64,000 bases of DNA, taken from Candidatus Bathyarchaeia archaeon. Lineage in GTDB: Archaea; Thermoproteota; Bathyarchaeia; Bathyarchaeales; Bathycorpusculaceae. The notes under the pieces were generated by a model. That model saw only the letters and a list, made by a program, of their open reading frames with translations, searched no databases and had not been told where the DNA came from. The stretch is from the NCBI GenBank assembly GCA_038883655.1, contig JAVZLQ010000003.1:32001-96000 (forward strand), written 5' to 3'. Of this stretch, positions 58,718 through 64,000 are shown one piece after another. The stretch's first letter is position 1. Each line of letters opens with the position of its first letter. The position numbers and the translations under genes are program-made.

Positions 58718-60817
58718 ATGGAGAAGTACACGCTAATCATCACCGAAAAGCCAGACGCAGCACAGAGGATAGCCTTGGCGCTGGACTTGCAAGGCAAAGC
58801 AAGGAGAATGGAAGAAAATGGTGTGCCATATTTTGTGGCGAAAAGGGATAAGGACATAGTTGTTGTTCCAGCAATTGGACACTTGTACACCGTTGCTGAG
58901 GAAAGGAGTGGGAGAGGATACTACCCAGTTTTCAGTTTTAGGTGGGTTCCACGACACGTTGCGGAGCGAGGGGCAAAACAAATCCGCACATGGCTTGAAA
59001 CAATTTCAAAATTAGCAGGCAACGCAGACATGTTCATTGATGCTTGCGACTACGACATAGAGGGCAGCATAATAGGGTACTGCATACTCAAATACGCTTG
59101 CGGCAACAAAGAAAACGTCTCAAAACGCATGAAATACTCGACACTAACAAAAGAGGAATTGCAAAAATCATTTGCTGAACTCTTGCCACACCTAGACTTC
59201 GCCTTAATAGAGGCTGGACGCACACGCCACGAAGTTGATTGGCTTTACGGCGTAAACCTAACAAGAGCCTTGACACTAGCGGCAAAGGATTGGAGTGGCA
59301 AATATGCAACATTGAGCACCGGGAGGGTGCAGGGTCCAACATTAAGGTTTCTCGTTGCCAGAGAAAAGGCGATCAGATGTTTTGTTCCAACGCCCTATTG
59401 GAGTATAAAGGCAGAGGTCGAAATAGACGGGGCTGTTTTTGAGGCTGAATTTGAAAAACAAATCATAGAAACAAAAAAAGAGGCAAATGCTATAGTTGAG
59501 ACTTGCAAGGGAAAAGAAGGAAAAATAGAGAACATAGAGGTTAAAAAGTTCCAGCAAATGCCACCAACACCCTTTGATTTGGGCGCTCTTCAAAGCGAAG
59601 CCTACAGCCTTTTTGGTTACACGCCAATACGCACATTAAACATTGCTCAACGCTTGTACCTTGACGCTTTAATTTCGTATCCGCGAACAAGCAGCCAAAA
59701 ACTTCCTCCGACAATAAACTATGAGGAGATACTCAAAAACTTGAATAGGGCGCCAGAATACGGAAAGCTAACGGCGGAACTTCTTGCAGTAAAAGAGTTA
59801 AAGCCAAATGAGGGGAAGAAGGAAGACCCCGCGCACCCAGCAATTTATCCAACTGGAAACTTGCCCGAAAGAGTTTTGGATGAGTCTGAAAGGAGAATCT
59901 GGGATTTGATTGTTAGAAGGTTTATGGCTGTTTTCGGAGAACCAGCACTAAGACAAAGCGTAAAGGCATGCATAAACATAAGCGATTTCCACTTTTACCT
60001 TAGAGGAAGGCAAACCCTGAAGGAAGGGTGGCTCCACTTTTACGAGCCATATGTAAGAGCTGAGGAGGTTATTTTGCCGCCCATAACAGAAGGACAATGT
60101 GTAAAGATTAGAAGAATCGTTCTGGAGGACAAGTTCACTAAGCCACCTCCGCGATATAACCCTGGAAGCCTCCTCAAGAAGATGGAGGAAGCAGGAATTG
60201 GAACAAAGGCAACTAGGGCGGGCATAATACAGACTTTATATGATAGGAAATACGTTAAAGACGAGAGGATGGTTGTAACAGACCTTGGCTTTGAAGTTAC
60301 GGAGCTCTTAAAGAAATATTGCCCAGCGGTTGTTTCGATTAAATTGACAAAGGACCTTGAGGAAAAGATGAACAAAATTCAATTGAACAGCGAAAAAAGA
60401 GAAAACGTGCTTTTGGCGGCTGTTGAAATCTTAAAGCCAGTCATGGAAGAGTTGAAGCTTCAAGAGAAAGTTATAGGCGAGCAGCTAAGCAGCGCCATAA
60501 AACGAGCGAGACTCGAAGAAAGGGTGATTGGCACATGCCCAATATGCAACACTGGAAAACTTATGACACTATACTCAAGGAAAACGGGCAAACGGTTCAT
60601 CGGATGCACAAACTACTTCAAAAACACATGCAAAGCAGCATTTCCACTCCCACAAAGAGGCACAGTTAGGCCGCTTGGAAAGAATTGCCGCGGATGCGGT
60701 TGGCCAATAGTTCAAGTGCGCATGAAAGGAAATCGCCCATGGACGCTTTGTTTTAATCCGCAATGTCCATTAAAAGAGGAGAGGAAAAAGCGAGTTGAAA
60801 TGCAAAATATGCAGTAG
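58718..60817 (+). CDS. topA: Type IA DNA topoisomerase
   Basis: EKP..A, D.DIEG, GRVQ.PTL, ISYPRT active-site Tyr, GT.ATR and C-terminal Zn ribbons. Confidence 0.96.
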   Translation: MEKYTLIITEKPDAAQRIALALDLQGKARRMEENGVPYFVAKRDKDIVVVPAIGHLYTVAEERSGRGYYPVFSFRWVPRHVAERGAKQIRTWLETISKLAGNADMFIDACDYDIEGSIIGYCILKYACGNKENVSKRMKYSTLTKEELQKSFAELLPHLDFALIEAGRTRHEVDWLYGVNLTRALTLAAKDWSGKYATLSTGRVQGPTLRFLVAREKAIRCFVPTPYWSIKAEVEIDGAVFEAEFEKQIIETKKEANAIVETCKGKEGKIENIEVKKFQQMPPTPFDLGALQSEAYSLFGYTPIRTLNIAQRLYLDALISYPRTSSQKLPPTINYEEILKNLNRAPEYGKLTAELLAVKELKPNEGKKEDPAHPAIYPTGNLPERVLDESERRIWDLIVRRFMAVFGEPALRQSVKACINISDFHFYLRGRQTLKEGWLHFYEPYVRAEEVILPPITEGQCVKIRRIVLEDKFTKPPPRYNPGSLLKKMEEAGIGTKATRAGIIQTLYDRKYVKDERMVVTDLGFEVTELLKKYCPAVVSIKLTKDLEEKMNKIQLNSEKRENVLLAAVEILKPVMEELKLQEKVIGEQLSSAIKRARLEERVIGTCPICNTGKLMTLYSRKTGKRFIGCTNYFKNTCKAAFPLPQRGTVRPLGKNCRGCGWPIVQVRMKGNRPWTLCFNPQCPLKEERKKRVEMQNMQ

Positions 60818-61028
60818 AGAAGCCATAGATAATCGTTACTGCGAACTGCACGCGAAGGCTTACGAGATTGTGGTCAAAAAGTATGAGAAATGGAGGAAAG
60901 CTCTAGAAATTTCTTGGAAAGAGTATTTAAGTGAGATTGTCAAGAATCCACTGACAGGCGAGTGGGCTAAAGAGGTGGCAGAGCACCTACTAAAAAGTGG
61001 AGAACGGGAAAATGTCGAAGAAAGTTAA
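60795..61028 (+). CDS. Small hypothetical protein with a C..C..C..H motif
   Basis: MKCKIC...YC.LH; overlaps the topA stop codon. Confidence 0.7.
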   Translation: MKCKICSREAIDNRYCELHAKAYEIVVKKYEKWRKALEISWKEYLSEIVKNPLTGEWAKEVAEHLLKSGERENVEES

Positions 61029-61434
61029 AAGGCAAATATCTTCAATGTCATACTCACTAACAAAAATATACAAGAAAATTACAACAACAAAACCGTCAAG
61101 CCTCGTTCTTTCAGCAATTGCCATTGCAGCAGCTGTTTTCCTCTTCGGCGGCGGCTTATATAATATAATAATGAAGCCATATCCAGCCGTTTATTATGGC
61201 GGAAGATTTTATCTGCTCTACCCAGAACTCGGTGCGCAGTTCATATTCGACAGCCTTATTTCAATGATTCTGTACGCGCTTGGCATTGTCGGGGTAATCT
61301 CCATGTACCAAAGTACAAAATACGCTTACAACCCAAGACAAGCCTACATTATGTTTCTGGTCGGGATAACCCTAATTCTGATAGCCTACATATACCTTGA
61401 AATCACGATACAGCTGAAAATAACTGGCAGATAA
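61012..61434 (+). CDS. OSTC/DC2 (OST3/OST6 membrane-domain)-like protein
   Basis: FLFGGGLYNII.KP ... QF..DSL....LY.LG..G, three TM helices; resembles eukaryotic OSTC FL..GG..Y..I..PP / QY..EG. Confidence 0.7.
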   Translation: MSKKVKRQISSMSYSLTKIYKKITTTKPSSLVLSAIAIAAAVFLFGGGLYNIIMKPYPAVYYGGRFYLLYPELGAQFIFDSLISMILYALGIVGVISMYQSTKYAYNPRQAYIMFLVGITLILIAYIYLEITIQLKITGR

Positions 61435-61436
61435 GG

Positions 61437-61931
61437 TTACCACGGATTATTTTTTAAGCCAAGCTTATAGGCAGCAAAATTCGTCAACAAATGTATCGGT
61501 GGAGTTATAATCAACGTTGTTATCGCAAGTTCTACAGTTAAAATTGAAATTGGCACAGCGAACATCATCGCGCCGACAACAAAGTCAACTTGGTCAACTA
61601 TAGGCAGCAATTCTCCTGGTGCAAGCCCCAATCTTCTTTTTAGGAAGGCTCCAGCTAGGTCTCCGAACAAAGCGCCCAGAGATAACAGAAAACCGAAGAA
61701 CGGATGATAGCCGAAGAAAAAACTTTCCACTGAACCAGCAAAGGTTCCAACAAGAAGACCAAAAAAGAAACCTCTATAAGTCTTATTTTTTCCAAAAATT
61801 GGTTTTCCATCAAAAAACTTTTTGTTTAGATCTATTGGAAGTCCCCCGCCCACAATGACTGGAACCGCGTTTGCACAGTAGGCTGGAAAAATGAACTTTA
61901 ACGCTTCAATGATCAAATGCGCCAAGTCCAT
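61437..61931 (-). CDS. carS: CDP-archaeol synthase
   Basis: PAY.AN..P, D....DG..IFG..KT..G, GDL..AF.KRR.G, DQ.DF and H..TN..AY..GLK..PW. Confidence 0.95.
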   Translation of the reverse strand: MDLAHLIIEALKFIFPAYCANAVPVIVGGGLPIDLNKKFFDGKPIFGKNKTYRGFFFGLLVGTFAGSVESFFFGYHPFFGFLLSLGALFGDLAGAFLKRRLGLAPGELLPIVDQVDFVVGAMMFAVPISILTVELAITTLIITPPIHLLTNFAAYKLGLKNNPW

Positions 61932-61944
61932 GATGAAGACCTCG

Positions 61945-62643
61945 TTAGGGTTTTAGGGCGTCGCTTAGTCCTCTCTCCTTTATTTGCAGAAGGCAAGCAC
62001 ATTGCTTCGGTGCTTTGGCGCCCTTCTCGATTATCGCCTTAATTGTTCTCGGGTTTTCTGTCGGTTTCATTGCGATTATTATTTCAGCCCAGAACTTTAA
62101 CACTCTCGTGGCAACAGGCTCCACGCTCACGTATCCTTCTTCAAAGGCACTCCTGACCTGGCTTGTCACCAAAATTGCAATTTTATTTGTTTTCGCTAAT
62201 TGCGCAAGCAACCCCATATGCCTATTTAACTCGCGGTTCAGCTCAAACGTCTTTTGCGGATTTTCAGCGATTCTGGCGCTGTAAAGCGAGGTAACAGTGT
62301 CAACAACCACAAGTCCAAAATGTTTTGTAACATAATCATTTAAATGGTCCACAACAAACGTTTGCTCTTGAAAGCTGCGCGGCTTCATCAAAATAATCAA
62401 TTCCGCAATCTTGTTAAGCTTTCCAGCCGCAATCTGGGACAGCCTTCGCGAAGAAAAAGTGTCATCGCAGTCCACAAACAAAATTTTGTAGCCTTGCATT
62501 GCACAGTTTACAACCACTTGCATCGCCAAAGTTGTTTTTCCAGTTTCTGCCTCTCCATAAACTAAAGTGAGACTTTTTGTTGGTATACCTCCCTCTAAAG
62601 AGTTGTCGATGACTTTGCAGCCTGTTGGAATTTTTTGTAGCAC
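61945..62643 (-). CDS. radB: RadB-like RecA-family ATPase
   Basis: TG...D..L.GG, YG...TGKT, FS..RL.QI and VVD; no N-terminal HhH domain. Confidence 0.85.
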   Translation of the reverse strand: MLQKIPTGCKVIDNSLEGGIPTKSLTLVYGEAETGKTTLAMQVVVNCAMQGYKILFVDCDDTFSSRRLSQIAAGKLNKIAELIILMKPRSFQEQTFVVDHLNDYVTKHFGLVVVDTVTSLYSARIAENPQKTFELNRELNRHMGLLAQLAKTNKIAILVTSQVRSAFEEGYVSVEPVATRVLKFWAEIIIAMKPTENPRTIKAIIEKGAKAPKQCACLLQIKERGLSDALKP

Positions 62644-62720
62644 GTCTATGCACATCAACGAATATAAGTCTCGAAACAAATAATTTGTTTTGTGCTTATG
62701 TGCATTTAAAAGGAGATGTT

Positions 62721-63365
62721 ATGAAGGCAAATATTGCGGTTGCAACGACCTCTGGAAAAGCGTATTACCTAATTGTGAATGAGTTGAAGAGGAGAAATTT
62801 GCCCTTTTTGAGTCTAATTCCAAACGAGGATATTCCAGTAGAGGTAAAAATCGTTTTAACTACGGAGAAAGAGCGCCCACTCATAAAGCATGAAAATGTT
62901 TTAACCTACAAAGAAGGAACCGAACCAGAGGAATTTGTAAACGAGGCTCTGCGCTTCATTCATGGAAAAGAAGAGTACGAACGGCTTGTTATAGGCGTCG
63001 ATCCAGGCGAAATTTTCGGACTTGCAGTTTTGGCTGATGGAAAAGTCGTTGAGACTGAAAACTGCGTCAGCGTTGAAGAAACAGTTGAAAAAATAATGAA
63101 GTTTTTGAAGAGTTTTGAGAAGATATCCGTCGCCTCAATTTCCGTGAAAGTTGGCGATGGTGTGCCAGTCTATAAGGAAAAGCTTTTAGAGTTGCTTGAT
63201 GATGCATTACCTCTAAACGTTACATTAGAAAGCGTTAGTGAAGTTGGAACAGATCGCTACCTTAGCAGAACAAAACATAGGCGCGGGTTAAGAGACATAA
63301 TTTCAGCGATAAGAATTGCTGGGAGAAATGGACAAAAATTTCCAAGGAGGAAAGCGCGTGATTAA
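62721..63365 (+). CDS. Hypothetical protein with an RNase H-like (YqgF-type) C-terminal domain
   Basis: IGVDPG..FGLAV, KVGDG, V.E..T and D..SA..IA. Confidence 0.7.
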   Translation: MKANIAVATTSGKAYYLIVNELKRRNLPFLSLIPNEDIPVEVKIVLTTEKERPLIKHENVLTYKEGTEPEEFVNEALRFIHGKEEYERLVIGVDPGEIFGLAVLADGKVVETENCVSVEETVEKIMKFLKSFEKISVASISVKVGDGVPVYKEKLLELLDDALPLNVTLESVSEVGTDRYLSRTKHRRGLRDIISAIRIAGRNGQKFPRRKARD

Positions 63366-64000
63366 GACTGTTGAAAAGGGCAGAACACTGTTGGTTGATG
63401 GACCAGCATCCGTTACGGTCACGTCTGGCTTAGTGGACGTGTTCGGTGCGGTGATAAGTGGGAAAAGCAAAGTTGTGATACGCGAGGGAAAAAGACTGCC
63501 ATTTACTGCAGAGGAAAAAACGGAATTCGACATCTCTCTAGGCGAAAACGCAAGCGTGGAAGAAGTTGATGGAAACACGATTCCCCATTCATGGAATGAA
63601 GCATTTAACGAAGTTTTAAAGATCAAAGAGAGACCCACAGTATTAATGGTTATTGGAAACGTGGACTCTGGAAAGTCAAGTTTCTGCACTTACATAGTAA
63701 ATAGACTTTTGAATGAAAAGTACAAAGTTGCAGTTTTAGACGGTGATTTGGGGCAGTCAGATATAGGACCACCATGCTCGGTCGCCTACAACTTTGTAAC
63801 AAAATTAATGACAGACCTCTTCAACTTGGAGGCGAAAAACGCATTTTTCGTTGGAGTAACATCTCCAAGCTCAGCAATTGACAAGGTAATCGAAGGCTTG
63901 GTCTCTCTAAAAAAGGAGATTCTTGATGGCAACCCAGACTTTATTGTCGTGAATACTGACGGTTGGATTGAAGGCGAAGACGCCGTCAACTATAAGATTA
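63358..64000 (+). CDS. Clp1/Grc3/NOL9 family polynucleotide 5'-kinase (partial)
   Basis: GTG start; TLLVDGPASV, Walker A GNVDSGKS, DGDLGQSDIGPP and NTDGW; runs off the window. Confidence 0.9.
   Translation, partial: MIKTVEKGRTLLVDGPASVTVTSGLVDVFGAVISGKSKVVIREGKRLPFTAEEKTEFDISLGENASVEEVDGNTIPHSWNEAFNEVLKIKERPTVLMVIGNVDSGKSSFCTYIVNRLLNEKYKVAVLDGDLGQSDIGPPCSVAYNFVTKLMTDLFNLEAKNAFFVGVTSPSSAIDKVIEGLVSLKKEILDGNPDFIVVNTDGWIEGEDAVNYKI

Noticed and set aside
1-64000. CRISPR arrays, transposases, inteins
   Set aside because: No regularly spaced repeats or transposase motifs seen; PolB, TopA and SMC lengths are normal.

Overview
An archaeal chromosomal segment, most likely Bathyarchaeia (TACK). This is inferred from PolB1 plus PolB3, smc-scpA-scpB, a TackOD1-type protein, eL41, CarS, AglB/AglH and an OSTC-like gene. 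It is mostly core genome: tRNA-Asn, intron-containing tRNA-Ser, RNase P RNA, pelota, PolB3, DnaG, TyrRS, a proteasome/exosome superoperon, an ECF module, a type IV pilus locus, two MoeA genes, PolB1, N-glycosylation genes, GcvT, TopA, RadB and a partial Clp1. No CRISPR array or mobile element was seen. The most interesting signals are missing from the ORF track or unusual: (1) a ~220-nt minus-strand ncRNA upstream of tyrS with two H/ACA-like hairpins, each clamped inside an extra outer helix; (2) a structured riboswitch-like leader with an anti-Shine-Dalgarno upstream of queT; (3) a PolB3 with intact polymerase motifs but a degenerate proofreading site; (4) an OSTC/OST3-like gene near aglB; (5) rpl41e apparently starting at AUA; (6) a perfect 20-bp palindromic operator between a Cys-rich regulator and a flavodiiron/hemerythrin operon. 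All calls come from reading motifs by eye, with no database searches. Several start codons were moved from the ORF track using RBS context.
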